A DNA stretch of 64,000 nt, from positions 71,089 through 135,088 of the forward strand of contig CAYMFM010000001.1 in the NCBI GenBank assembly GCA_964389685.1. The letters run 5' to 3'. The notes beneath the pieces are model-generated. The model did not search any database, was not told where the DNA came from, and saw only the letters and a list, made by a program, of their open reading frames with translations. Shown piece after piece: positions 11,199 through 21,233 of the stretch (its first letter is position 1; each line of letters opens with the position of its first letter). Source of the stretch: an uncultured Rikenellaceae bacterium (GTDB lineage: Bacteria > Bacteroidota > Bacteroidia > Bacteroidales > VadinHA17). Made by a program: the position numbers and the translations under genes.

Positions 11199-11911
11199 AT
11201 ACAAACGGATATCCTGTGGGGAAGAGAAAAGGTAAAAAATGGGCTGAAATGGAGACCTTCCAACACGTTTTTCAGCCTCCATTTCAGGAAATTTATAATA
11301 AGGACTTTCACCTGAAAGGAAAGTGGAAAGATTTTTTTTTTAAGAACGATAATCCCATTACACTGGAACTGGGCTGCGGAAAAGGTGAATATACCATCGG
11401 ACTTTCTACCAACTCTTCCCAACGGAATGTTATTGGAATCGATATCAAGGGAGCCCGCATATGGAAAGGGGCAACAATAGCATTGAATGAACAGTTGAAA
11501 AACGTTGCTTTCATCCGGACGCGTATCGAACAGATAACTTCCTTTTTTGCGAAGGATGAGATCGCTGAAATCTGGCTTACCTTCCCCGATCCTCAAATAA
11601 AAAAAAGAAGAAATAAAAAACGACTTACCGCAGCCCGATTTCTTAATGCATACCGGGAATTCCTGTCACCCGGGGGATGCATTCACCTGAAAACGGATAG
11701 TAAAGTCCTCTACGACTATACAATGCAAATGATTGCATACAATGACCTTCCACTGATCTTTGCATTAGAAAATCTTAATGAAGAACCAAATATCGACCCC
11801 GTTTTGTCCATCACTACCCAGTATGAGAAACAGTTCCTTGAACAGCATGTGACGATTAAATACCTTTGTTTTCAACTGCCTGCAGATACAGTAATCCATG
11901 AACCGGAATAA
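11195..11911 (+). CDS. trmB: tRNA (guanine46-N7)-methyltransferase
   Basis: SAM motif LELGCGKGEY; FPDPQIKKRRNKKRL; ATGA overlap with the gldH stop. Confidence 0.85.
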   Translation: MNTNGYPVGKRKGKKWAEMETFQHVFQPPFQEIYNKDFHLKGKWKDFFFKNDNPITLELGCGKGEYTIGLSTNSSQRNVIGIDIKGARIWKGATIALNEQLKNVAFIRTRIEQITSFFAKDEIAEIWLTFPDPQIKKRRNKKRLTAARFLNAYREFLSPGGCIHLKTDSKVLYDYTMQMIAYNDLPLIFALENLNEEPNIDPVLSITTQYEKQFLEQHVTIKYLCFQLPADTVIHEPE

Positions 11912-12260
11912 GTTGGTGGAACGCTCTTTTTTTGAACGGGTGTATGATGTCACCCGACAAATTCCCTATGGGAGGATTACCACCTATGGATCCATCGCCA
12001 GGTATCTCAGTTCGGGAAGAGCCGCCCGGATGGTCGGTTGGGCTCTTAACAATTCGCATCATCTTCCCGATTTCATACCTGCACACCGGGTGGTAAACAG
12101 AAATGGTGTCCTCACAGGAAAGCATCATTTTGGAAATACCAATACCATGAGCCAGCTTCTCGAGAATGAAGGTATAAGGGTTGAAGATGACCGGGTCATC
12201 GACTTCGAAAAGCACTTCTGGGATCCGCGAAAGGAACTGAGCGATCCATCCATTATATAA
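11898..12260 (+). CDS. MGMT-family DNA-binding protein (methylated-DNA--protein-cysteine methyltransferase C-terminal domain-like)
   Basis: IPYGRITTYGSIA and the PAHRVVN motif, where Ala replaces the usual Cys of PCHRV. It is therefore probably an alkyltransferase-like, non-catalytic form. Confidence 0.7.
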   Translation: MNRNKLVERSFFERVYDVTRQIPYGRITTYGSIARYLSSGRAARMVGWALNNSHHLPDFIPAHRVVNRNGVLTGKHHFGNTNTMSQLLENEGIRVEDDRVIDFEKHFWDPRKELSDPSII

Positions 12261-12322
12261 ATAAAAACTGTATATTTGTATTTTAATTTAAATCAAATTA
12301 ACATAATAAAATAGATTTTACC

Positions 12323-13423
12323 ATGAGTTTTACCCGGCAACAGGTTTTAGATGCATTAAGCAACGTAGTTCATCCGGAAAAGAAAAAGGACATTGTTTCA
12401 TTGGGGATGGTTGATGATCTTACGATCAAGGGCAAAGAGATTCGTTTTTCACTCCTGTTTCCCAGATCAAATGATCCGTTTATTTCTTCAATTAAGAAAG
12501 CATGCGTAAAGGCAGTTCTGGAAGACGTTGACTCAGAAGCTCAAATTCAGGAGAACATTACGGTAAAAGTTCCGCCGGCTGAACCAAAGAAGGAACTGTT
12601 ACCCGGTGTGAAAAATATTGTTGCGATAGCCTCGGGGAAAGGGGGCGTGGGAAAATCCACCATTGCTGTTAACCTCGCTGTATCGTTAGCGAAGAAAGGA
12701 TTACGTGTGGGGTTGATTGATGCAGATATCTATGGACCTTCCATTCCGAAAATGTTTGGTGTGGTAAAAGCCAAACCATTTGTTAATCAGGTTGAAGGGG
12801 TTGATATGATTGTTCCGATAGAACGTCACGGAGTGAAATTGTTATCCATCGGATTTTTTATTGATCCGGATAGTGCACTGGTTTGGCGTGGACCCATGGC
12901 TACCAATGCCCTGAAGCAAATGCTCGGGCAGGGAGATTGGGGAGAACTCGATTATTTACTGGTTGACCTTCCACCCGGAACCAGCGACATCCACCTTACA
13001 CTGGTTCAGGAGGTTCCTGTGACGGGTGCACTTATCATCAGCACGCCGCAGGAAGTAGCACTGGCAGATGCCATTAAAGGAATTAACATGTTTACAGGCG
13101 ATAGAATCAATGTACCGATTCTTGGACTGGTGGAAAACATGGCCTGGTTTACCCCGGCTGAACTGCCTGGAAACCGGTATTATATTTTTGGTAAAAATGG
13201 TTGTGAAAAGCTGGCAAAAAAGTATAACGTCTCCCTGTTGGGGCAGATCCCGGTAGTTGAGAGCATTTGTGAAGATGGAGATATGGGAAATCCTTCTGCT
13301 TTGGATGAAAAATCATCCACAGGCAAAGCATTTGTAAAGCTGGCTGAAAATGTGATAAAGCAGGTTGAGATTCGTAACAGAGAACAGGAACCCACAAAAC
13401 GAGTTGAAATTACCCGTAAATAA
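12323..13423 (+). CDS. Mrp/NBP35 (ApbC) family Fe-S cluster carrier ATPase
   Basis: N-terminal DUF59-like region, deviant Walker A ASGKGGVGKST, and DLPPGTSD. Confidence 0.9.
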   Translation: MSFTRQQVLDALSNVVHPEKKKDIVSLGMVDDLTIKGKEIRFSLLFPRSNDPFISSIKKACVKAVLEDVDSEAQIQENITVKVPPAEPKKELLPGVKNIVAIASGKGGVGKSTIAVNLAVSLAKKGLRVGLIDADIYGPSIPKMFGVVKAKPFVNQVEGVDMIVPIERHGVKLLSIGFFIDPDSALVWRGPMATNALKQMLGQGDWGELDYLLVDLPPGTSDIHLTLVQEVPVTGALIISTPQEVALADAIKGINMFTGDRINVPILGLVENMAWFTPAELPGNRYYIFGKNGCEKLAKKYNVSLLGQIPVVESICEDGDMGNPSALDEKSSTGKAFVKLAENVIKQVEIRNREQEPTKRVEITRK

Positions 13424-13444
13424 TCATTGTAAGATATAAAAAAA

Positions 13445-13702
13445 ATGAACATGGAAGCAGAAAAGAAAACCCAACTTTTAAGCAGGATAGATCGTGCCCT
13501 GGATAAAATACGTCCTTTTCTTCAGGCGGATGGGGGAGATATTTCCCTGATTGATGTGACCGATGACATGGTGGTCAAAGTAAAACTGGAGGGAGCATGC
13601 TTTGGCTGTCCGTTCAGCCAGCAAACCCTGAAATCAGGTGTTGAACAGGCACTTTTAAAAGAGATCCCTGAACTAAAGGAGGTTCAGCCTGTTAACGATT
13701 AA
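13445..13702 (+). CDS. NifU-like Fe-S cluster scaffold domain protein
   Basis: IRPFLQADGGDISLIDV...VKLEGACFGCPFSQQTLK, containing the GACxxC motif. Confidence 0.85.
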   Translation: MNMEAEKKTQLLSRIDRALDKIRPFLQADGGDISLIDVTDDMVVKVKLEGACFGCPFSQQTLKSGVEQALLKEIPELKEVQPVND

Positions 13703-13724
13703 CATCCGGATTTCACCGCTTCTG

Positions 13725-13750
13725 AAGGGCTTAGTAAGCCCTTTTTTTTT
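13725..13750 (+). terminator. rho-independent terminator after nifU-like gene
   Basis: Stem AAGGGCTT / AAGCCCTT with a 3-nt loop, followed by a T9 run. Confidence 0.6.
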
Positions 13751-13794
13751 GCCGGGGATAAACCGGGTTATAAAATATTCCATGGATCATAAAA

Positions 13795-13802
13795 TATGTT
13801 TG
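13795..13802 (+). promoter_or_regulatory. putative -7 promoter box (TATGTTTG) for porW/sprE-like gene
   Basis: Exact TAnnTTTG match, 38 bp upstream of the TTG start at 13840. Confidence 0.3.
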
Positions 13803-13839
13803 TAAATTACCAGTTTATTCTCTAAGACAACCCGGTAGA

Positions 13840-16494
13840 TTGATTACAAAAAAGATTACATATTGCTTGCTGGGTTCACTCACATTGATCCTGGTTGCCG
13901 GTTGTTCAGCTGAAAAGAATACCAGCTTGAGCCGGAATTTCCATGGACTCACCTCTCATTATAATATCTATTTTAACGGTTATGAAAATTTTCTTCGGGG
14001 TGTGGAAAAATGTGAGGATGCATTTGTTGATGATTATTCCAAAATACTCTCCCTGTTTACCTATGTCGATGAAAATATAGCTAAACAGATCGCTCCTGAA
14101 ATGGACCTTGCCATACAAAAAGCCTACAAAATTATCACATTGCATTCAATCACGGCCAAACCGGAAATGGAAACGGACGAAATGACCGATGATGAAAGGG
14201 CGTTTTATAATCAACCTGAATATAACCGGTGGGTGGATGACAGCTATCTGTTGATGGCAAAGGCTCAGTTTTATAAACATGACTATCATATTGCCCTGAA
14301 TACGCTGAAGCTCCTAATCAGTGAAGCCCTTGATGAAGAAACAAGGATGGAAGCCTATATCTGGCTTGCCAGAACAAACATCGAACTGGAAGAATATAAG
14401 GAAGCAGAGCGGATATTAACATTCATTGCTGATGAAGAGCCGGTAAAGGAGAAAATGGCTGTGGAGTATCATGCCACCTATGCCCATTATTTCCTGAAAC
14501 AGGAAGAGTATGAACGGGCTATCCCTCACCTGACCCCTGTCGTGGATAAAGTCCGCCGGAAAAAAGATAAACAGAGATATACTTTTGTCCTTGCGCAGCT
14601 TCATGAAGAGACAGGTGACTTTGGGGTAGCATCTGATCTGTACAAAGATGTGATCAGAATGAATCCACCCTATGAAATGACATTCAATGCAAGAATCAAT
14701 AAAGCCGGATCATTCGATGTAACCCGAGAGGATAGCGAAGAGATCAAAAAGGACCTGAAAAAACTGCTCAGGGACAAAAAGAATATCGATTACCAGGATC
14801 AGATCTATTATGCATATGGTAAAATAGCATACAAGGAAAACAGGATTGAGGAGGCGATCGGTTATTATAAAAAATCGGCTGCAAGCAGCATATCAAGCAG
14901 CTTTCAGAAGGGACTATCCTACCTGGAAGTTGCCGATATCTATTTCAGCCAGCTTGATTATCAACCCGCCCAGGCTTATTATGATAGTGCCGTTGCATTC
15001 CTGGCCCAAGATTATCCCAACCTGGATCAGATCCGTACCAAATCGCAAAACCTGACTGAACTGGTCAAATATATAAACATTGTTGAACTGGAAGATAGCC
15101 TGCAAATGGTTGCCGGATTATCTGACCAGGACAAATTTGCACTGATTGAAGGGATCATCAGAGAACTGAATGAAAATGAGCGATTAGAGCGGGAAGAACA
15201 AATTGAACGGCAGTTCAATACCATGAATTACTATGAGAACGAACGACGGTTCAGGAATGATATTCAACGGGAAGGGAAATGGTACTTTTATAATCCTTCG
15301 GCGTTGAGCTTTGGACGGAATGAATTCCGGTTAAAATGGGGGGAGAGAAGGCTGGAAGATAATTGGCGGCGTGCTAACAAATCAACCGTAAGCTTCGTTG
15401 CGTTCACCAGTGAATCCAACCAGACAAATCCAGATGCGACAGGAAATAACCTGGGTACCATTGATGTAAAATCACGTGAATATTACCTGAAAGATCTTCC
15501 TGTAAATGACTCCCTGCTGAAGATATCCGACATAAAAATTGCAGGTGCCCTGTACAATATCGGCAGAATTTATAAAGACGATTTTAACGATTTCAAACGG
15601 TCAATTACAACATATGAGGACCTTAATCATCGGTATCCGGCGAATGAATACCAGCTATCATCCTATTATTATCTCTATGATTTAAATAAAAATCTGCCCG
15701 ACCGGCAAAGAGAAAACCATTATAAAAACCTGATTTTATCCCAATACCCGGAAAGCGAATACGCTAAAATAATCTCTGATCCCGATTATTTTGATACCCT
15801 GAAAGCCGAGGAGAGAAAGGTGGTGACATTATATGAAGAAACCTACAAGATCTATTTGAACAAGGAGTATCAACAGGTGATCGAGCGGTGTAATTATGCC
15901 GATTCTGCATATGCTGGCGATGAATTGCTACCCAAATTCGGGCTGCTGAAAGCGCTCTCTATTGGAAGAACCCAGGATGTTAGAGCGTTTAAAAATGCTT
16001 TAACCGAACTGAGTGAAGCATTTCCTGATAGCAGGGAAAAGGAAAAGGCAAATGAAATCGTAGCCTTCCTCGACAGAACACTCCCGGTCTTAAAAGAGGA
16101 GGAGGAAGTGATCGAAGCACAGGAAATTTATGCTTACAACGATAGTGCTGTTCATTATTATTTGCTGGTGGTTAACCGGTTTCAGGTAAATGTAAACCAG
16201 CTCATATTTAACATTATCAATTACAACCTTGATCATTATGGTCAGGTGGATTTTGAAACAGGGGGAGAAATGCTGAACGACACATTGCATATCATTACAG
16301 TAAAACCTTTTCTTACCCTGTCCGATGCACAGGACTATTCAGAAAAAATTATCCTTGAAGAGAGTGTTATCAACGAACTTCCACAGGGCGATTACTATTC
16401 TTTCATTATCTCAGATGAGAATTTCACCACCTTAAAAAACGATAAATCGGTTTCCAAGTACGATAAGTTTTTTAAAATGAAGTATCTTCGGTGA
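13840..16494 (+). CDS. TPR-repeat lipoprotein, PorW/SprE-like type IX secretion component
   Basis: Lipobox LVAGCSAEKN followed by SRNFHGLTSHYNIYFNG, then multiple TPR-like repeats. Its size (884 aa) is similar to SprE/PorW, and it sits next to a PorX-like regulator. Family assignment is from memory only. Confidence 0.6.
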   Translation: MITKKITYCLLGSLTLILVAGCSAEKNTSLSRNFHGLTSHYNIYFNGYENFLRGVEKCEDAFVDDYSKILSLFTYVDENIAKQIAPEMDLAIQKAYKIITLHSITAKPEMETDEMTDDERAFYNQPEYNRWVDDSYLLMAKAQFYKHDYHIALNTLKLLISEALDEETRMEAYIWLARTNIELEEYKEAERILTFIADEEPVKEKMAVEYHATYAHYFLKQEEYERAIPHLTPVVDKVRRKKDKQRYTFVLAQLHEETGDFGVASDLYKDVIRMNPPYEMTFNARINKAGSFDVTREDSEEIKKDLKKLLRDKKNIDYQDQIYYAYGKIAYKENRIEEAIGYYKKSAASSISSSFQKGLSYLEVADIYFSQLDYQPAQAYYDSAVAFLAQDYPNLDQIRTKSQNLTELVKYINIVELEDSLQMVAGLSDQDKFALIEGIIRELNENERLEREEQIERQFNTMNYYENERRFRNDIQREGKWYFYNPSALSFGRNEFRLKWGERRLEDNWRRANKSTVSFVAFTSESNQTNPDATGNNLGTIDVKSREYYLKDLPVNDSLLKISDIKIAGALYNIGRIYKDDFNDFKRSITTYEDLNHRYPANEYQLSSYYYLYDLNKNLPDRQRENHYKNLILSQYPESEYAKIISDPDYFDTLKAEERKVVTLYEETYKIYLNKEYQQVIERCNYADSAYAGDELLPKFGLLKALSIGRTQDVRAFKNALTELSEAFPDSREKEKANEIVAFLDRTLPVLKEEEEVIEAQEIYAYNDSAVHYYLLVVNRFQVNVNQLIFNIINYNLDHYGQVDFETGGEMLNDTLHIITVKPFLTLSDAQDYSEKIILEESVINELPQGDYYSFIISDENFTTLKNDKSVSKYDKFFKMKYLR

Positions 16495-16574
16495 GGATTT
16501 CTGCCATTCAAAAATCCGCTACTTTTGGTATATTAAGCAGAAACCATTTATTTGGATGGTAAGGTACATGCACT

Positions 16575-18134
16575 ATGAGAAAAATTAAAATTTTATGGAC
16601 GGATGACGAGATTGATGTATTGAAATCTCATATTTTTTTCCTGGAGGAAAAAGGATTTATCATTGAAACCGCTACCAATGGTGATGATGCCATTGAATTG
16701 GTAAAACAATCAGATTTCGATCTGATATTTCTCGATGAGCACATGCCCGGAATGAGTGGACTGGAAACACTGAAGATGATAAAGAGTATCGCTCCCGATA
16801 TTCCCGTTGTTATGATAACAAAAAGCGAAGAGGAGAATATCATGGAAGAAGCGATAGGATCAAACATTGATGATTACCTGATCAAACCGGTTAATCCGAA
16901 CCAGATCCTGCATTCCATTAAGAAAAATATTGACCAGAAACGGCTTGTAACAGAAAAAACCACTTCAGATTACCGGGAAGAATTTGGGAAAATATCCGGA
17001 AAGATTAATGCTGCTGTGGGTTTTTCGGACTGGGTAAGCATCTATAAAGAATTGATTTACTGGCAATTGGAGCTTGATAAATCGGGGGAGACCGGTATGG
17101 CTGATGTGCTGGGTATGCAGGAAACCGAAGCCAACCATGCATTCGGGAAATTCATAAAAGCGAATTACCTCAACTGGTTTGATTCATCAAACACCGTTGA
17201 CAAACCACTTCTTTCACCGGATCTTTTTTCCCAGCAGATCTTTCCAATGCTGGATATGGGAGAGAAGGTTGTTTTTATCCTTGTTGATAACCTCAGATGG
17301 GACCAATGGAAGGTTATTTATCCTTCCATCACTGATTATTTCAGGATTGAACAGGAAGAGATCTATTGTAGCATATTACCGACAGCTACCCAGTATTCAA
17401 GAAACGCCATATTTTCCGGACTCATGCCCTTGAAAATTGAGCAACTTTATCCCGAATTCTGGGTGTTTGATGATGAAGATATGGGGAAAAACCTCTGGGA
17501 GAAAGAACTCTTGGAAAAGCAGCTACAACGTGCAGGGAAAGACTACTCATTCACCTACGAGAAGATAAACAATTTAGCTGCCGGGAAGAAACTGGTTGAC
17601 AATATTGCCGATTATATCCAACGACCCTTACTGGTTATTGTGTACAATTTTTTAGATATGCTTTCTCACGCCAGGACAGAAATTGAGATGATCCGGGAAC
17701 TGGCAGATGATGAACCGGCCTATCGGTCATTAACCTTCTCCTGGTTTCAGCATTCCCCTCTGCTGGAGTTGATTAAATCGCTGGCAGACCATGATGTAAA
17801 GCTGGTCATTACAACCGACCATGGATCGATTCGCGTTCAGGACCCCGTCAAGGTCGTGGGGGACAGGAGTACTTCAACTAACCTGAGGTATAAACAAGGG
17901 AAAAACCTGAATTATGATCCCCAGAAGGTTTTTGATATCAAAAAACCGGAATTGGCTTTTCTGCCCAGATCGAATGTTAGCTCACGTTATATATTCTCTG
18001 TTAATGACCAGTTCTTTGCCTATCCCCAGAATTATAACCATTACGTAAAATACTATCGAAACACCATCCAGCATGGAGGGATATCGATGCAGGAAATGCT
18101 GATTCCTTTTGTCAGACTTGCAACCGTTGGATAA
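16575..18134 (+). CDS. response regulator receiver + PglZ/alkaline-phosphatase-like domain protein (PorX-like)
   Basis: Receiver domain ILWTDDEIDVLKSHIFFLEEKGF...DLIFLDEHMPGMSGLE...ITKSEE...DDYLIKP. It is followed by a PglZ-type domain (ILVDNLRWDQW, TTDHGS). The 519-aa architecture matches PorX. Confidence 0.8.
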   Translation: MRKIKILWTDDEIDVLKSHIFFLEEKGFIIETATNGDDAIELVKQSDFDLIFLDEHMPGMSGLETLKMIKSIAPDIPVVMITKSEEENIMEEAIGSNIDDYLIKPVNPNQILHSIKKNIDQKRLVTEKTTSDYREEFGKISGKINAAVGFSDWVSIYKELIYWQLELDKSGETGMADVLGMQETEANHAFGKFIKANYLNWFDSSNTVDKPLLSPDLFSQQIFPMLDMGEKVVFILVDNLRWDQWKVIYPSITDYFRIEQEEIYCSILPTATQYSRNAIFSGLMPLKIEQLYPEFWVFDDEDMGKNLWEKELLEKQLQRAGKDYSFTYEKINNLAAGKKLVDNIADYIQRPLLVIVYNFLDMLSHARTEIEMIRELADDEPAYRSLTFSWFQHSPLLELIKSLADHDVKLVITTDHGSIRVQDPVKVVGDRSTSTNLRYKQGKNLNYDPQKVFDIKKPELAFLPRSNVSSRYIFSVNDQFFAYPQNYNHYVKYYRNTIQHGGISMQEMLIPFVRLATVG

Positions 18135-18150
18135 ACTGGAATTTTCACGG

Positions 18151-18576
18151 ATGAAAAGAATCCAGATTGATAGTAAAGACCAGCTTGGTAAAGTCGTTCA
18201 GGTCATTCTGGGAGCGTATCAGAATTATCGGATCTTTGCCTTCTATGGAGAACTGGGATCGGGTAAAACCACCACGATCCAGGAAATTTGCAGGAGACTT
18301 AACGTGAATGACGTGGTCCACAGCCCATCCTTTTCTATCGTGAATGAATACCGGTCCGCAAAAGGGTTTGTGGTGTATCATTTTGATCTCTACCGGATTG
18401 AAAAAATAGAAGAAGTTTTTGATCTTGGCTACGAAGACTATTTTTACAGTGGGAACTATTGCTTTATCGAATGGCCTGAATTGATTGAGGAGCTATTGCC
18501 TGCCGGCACAATACCCGTTAAAATTGAAGTAGGGTCTGCCGGGAAACGTTTTTTTCAGTTCGATAAACCACTCTGA
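18151..18576 (+). CDS. tsaE: tRNA t6A biosynthesis ATPase TsaE
   Basis: FYGELGSGKTT P-loop, HSPSFSIVNEY and HFDLYR. The ORF track start at 18109 overlaps porX, so the ATG at 18151 is preferred. Confidence 0.8.
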   Translation: MKRIQIDSKDQLGKVVQVILGAYQNYRIFAFYGELGSGKTTTIQEICRRLNVNDVVHSPSFSIVNEYRSAKGFVVYHFDLYRIEKIEEVFDLGYEDYFYSGNYCFIEWPELIEELLPAGTIPVKIEVGSAGKRFFQFDKPL

Positions 18577-18691
18577 TTCAATATCGGCAAATCTTCCCGC
18601 AACATGAAAAAGTTTGAATTTCATTTGAAATTGTCGTAATTTTAAATGCACTGGAATCGAAAGCAGGAAAGTTAATTTAAACCAGTCTGTT

Positions 18692-19912
18692 ATGAAAGAT
18701 CAGAAGGGATCAGAGTCGCTCATGTTCGGTAAGAGCAATTTACTTCCGCAGGAGGAAGTGCTGGAAGTTGGAAAAAGACAGAAGAAATTGATTATTGGGA
18801 TCCCCAGAGAATCCAAGAAAGATGAAAACCGCGTGGCATTGACACCGGAAGCAGTAGGATTGCTGGTGGATCAGGGACATGAAGTGAATGTTGAGAGCAA
18901 GGCAGGTAGCGATGCAAGCTATACTGATACAGATTATAGTGAGTACGGGGGGTTCATTGTGGATAGCCGAAAAGAGATCTTTAGTGCTGATATTATCCTG
19001 AAAATTGCTCCCCTTACACTCGGTGAGATTGAACAGTTGAAAGGGAACCAGTTGATCATTTCCTCCTTGCATGCCATTAATCAAACAGAAGCCTATTTTC
19101 GCCAGTTAATGCAGAAAAAGGTGACATCCATTGCCTTTGAAAATCTGAAAGATAAGTTTGACTGTTATCCCGTGGTTCGATCCATGAGTGAAATTGCGGG
19201 CATCACCTCCATACTCATCGCTTCGGAATACCTCAGTAATGTGCACAAAGGGAAAGGGGTTATGCTTGGAGGAATTACGGGTATTACACCGGCAGAGGTG
19301 GTGATTCTTGGAGCTGGAACTGCCGCTGAATATGCTGCCAGAGCAGCCATTGGTTTGGGAGCAGTGGTCAAGATCTTTGATAATTCAATCTATAAACTCA
19401 GGCGGTTGCAGAATTTTGTGGGACAACGGTTACATACTTCGATTTTCCATCCAAAAGTTCTCGAAAAAACACTGAAATCCGCCGATGTTGTGATCGGTGC
19501 TGTTCATCTGATCGGTAAAGGTCCCCGCTTTTATATTACAGAGGAAATGGTGAAAGGGATGAAGAAAGGATCGGTGATTGTTGACATTAGCATCGACCAG
19601 GGAGGTGTCGTTGAAACATCAGAAACAAAAAGCCATAACGATCCGGTATTTACAAAACACGGTGTCGTCCATTATTGTGTTAGTAATATCCCGTCAAGAG
19701 TAGCCCGAACTGCCTCCATTGCGCTGAGCAATGTTTTTGCGCCTATTCTTATCAATATCGGTAATTCAGGTGGTATCAAAACCCTGCTAAAAGAGGATAA
19801 GGGTTTGAGGAAAGGGGTATATATATATAATGGAATCCTGACCAACAGTTACATTGGCAACCACTTCGGAATCCTCTCAAAAGATATTGATCTGCTCCTC
19901 GCCGCCTTTTAG
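18692..19912 (+). CDS. alanine dehydrogenase / PNT-alpha family NAD-binding protein
   Basis: AlaDH/PNT N-terminal region (ENRVALTPE) and Rossmann motif VVILGAGTAAEYAARAAIGLGA. Confidence 0.7.
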   Translation: MKDQKGSESLMFGKSNLLPQEEVLEVGKRQKKLIIGIPRESKKDENRVALTPEAVGLLVDQGHEVNVESKAGSDASYTDTDYSEYGGFIVDSRKEIFSADIILKIAPLTLGEIEQLKGNQLIISSLHAINQTEAYFRQLMQKKVTSIAFENLKDKFDCYPVVRSMSEIAGITSILIASEYLSNVHKGKGVMLGGITGITPAEVVILGAGTAAEYAARAAIGLGAVVKIFDNSIYKLRRLQNFVGQRLHTSIFHPKVLEKTLKSADVVIGAVHLIGKGPRFYITEEMVKGMKKGSVIVDISIDQGGVVETSETKSHNDPVFTKHGVVHYCVSNIPSRVARTASIALSNVFAPILINIGNSGGIKTLLKEDKGLRKGVYIYNGILTNSYIGNHFGILSKDIDLLLAAF

Positions 19913-19934
19913 TAAAGCCCTAATCTGTTTTTGA

Positions 19935-21167
19935 ATGAGAATCATATATAACCTTGCTATCAGAATCTTCTCCTTCTTCATCTTCGTAGCTTCTGGTTTT
20001 AATATAAAAGCACGACTATTCAGATCGGGTCGCAGAGGTCTGTTTAAACAAATCCGGGAAAAGGTTAATCCCGATGAGGGGGTTATATGGTTTCATTGTG
20101 CTTCACTGGGAGAATTTGAACAGGGAAGACCGGTTATCGAATCGATAAAAACAGAGAGACCCGACCAAAAAATCCTCCTTACGTTCTTTTCTCCCTCAGG
20201 ATATGAAGTGAGAAAAAATTACGAGTTGGCCGATTACATCTTCTATCTCCCTTACGATACGAAAAAAAATGCAGAGCAATTCATTCGCCTTGTAAATCCG
20301 GAGATGGTTATTTTTGTCAAGTATGAATTCTGGTATCATTACATTCACACACTCAGCTTGAAGAACGTACCGGTTTATCTCATTTCATCAAATTTTCGTC
20401 CAAACCAGGTTTTCTTCAGGTGGTATGGTGGTTTTTTCCGGCAAATCCTTCACCTCTTTACCCACCTGTTTGTTCAGAACCACCGTTCCAAAGAACTGGT
20501 ATCATTCCTTCCTTCAGACCGGGTTACCGTATCCGGGGATACCCGGTTCGACCGCGTGCATGCCATTGCAAATCAGCGCAGGAACCTGCCGGTAATTGAA
20601 ACCTTCAAACGGGATCGGCTCACACTGGTAGCCGGAAGTACCTGGAAAGAGGATGAAGATATCCTGATCCGGTATATCAATGAGTTGGGGGGAGAACAAA
20701 AATGGATCCTGGTTCCGCATGAGATCCATGAGCATCACATCAACCGGATGATGCGATTGATGAACAGACCCACCATGCGTTATTCTGAGACCGGGGAAAA
20801 GGATTGTTCGCAGGCTGATGTCCTGATCATAGACAACATCGGAATGCTCTCATCACTTTATTACTATGGTAACCTCGCATTCGTTGGCGGGGGATTTGGA
20901 AAAGGGATCCACAATATCCTGGAGGCTGCAACCTATGGCATACCGGTGCTTTTCGGACCCAAATACAAAGCCTTCCAGGAAGCCATTGACCTGGTTAACC
21001 TGGGAGGGGCATTTTCCGTCAGAAGTTATGAAGAATTAATGAACATCCTTCAGCAACTTACGGGTGATCGGGAATACCTGAAAAACAGTGGATGCATTGC
21101 CAGGGATTATGTAAAAACAAACCTCGGAGCCACAAAATCCATTGTTGAAAAATTATTGAAGGATTAA
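19935..21167 (+). CDS. waaA: 3-deoxy-D-manno-octulosonic acid (Kdo) transferase
   Basis: WFHCASLGEFEQGRPVIE and the C-terminal GGGFGKGIHNILEAATYGIPVLFGP are typical of KdtA/WaaA. Confidence 0.85.
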   Translation: MRIIYNLAIRIFSFFIFVASGFNIKARLFRSGRRGLFKQIREKVNPDEGVIWFHCASLGEFEQGRPVIESIKTERPDQKILLTFFSPSGYEVRKNYELADYIFYLPYDTKKNAEQFIRLVNPEMVIFVKYEFWYHYIHTLSLKNVPVYLISSNFRPNQVFFRWYGGFFRQILHLFTHLFVQNHRSKELVSFLPSDRVTVSGDTRFDRVHAIANQRRNLPVIETFKRDRLTLVAGSTWKEDEDILIRYINELGGEQKWILVPHEIHEHHINRMMRLMNRPTMRYSETGEKDCSQADVLIIDNIGMLSSLYYYGNLAFVGGGFGKGIHNILEAATYGIPVLFGPKYKAFQEAIDLVNLGGAFSVRSYEELMNILQQLTGDREYLKNSGCIARDYVKTNLGATKSIVEKLLKD

Positions 21168-21233
21168 TTCCAACACCCTCTTTTATTCTCTATTTTTAAT
21201 CCTTTTTTATGCTTTTTAACCCTGAAAATCTTA

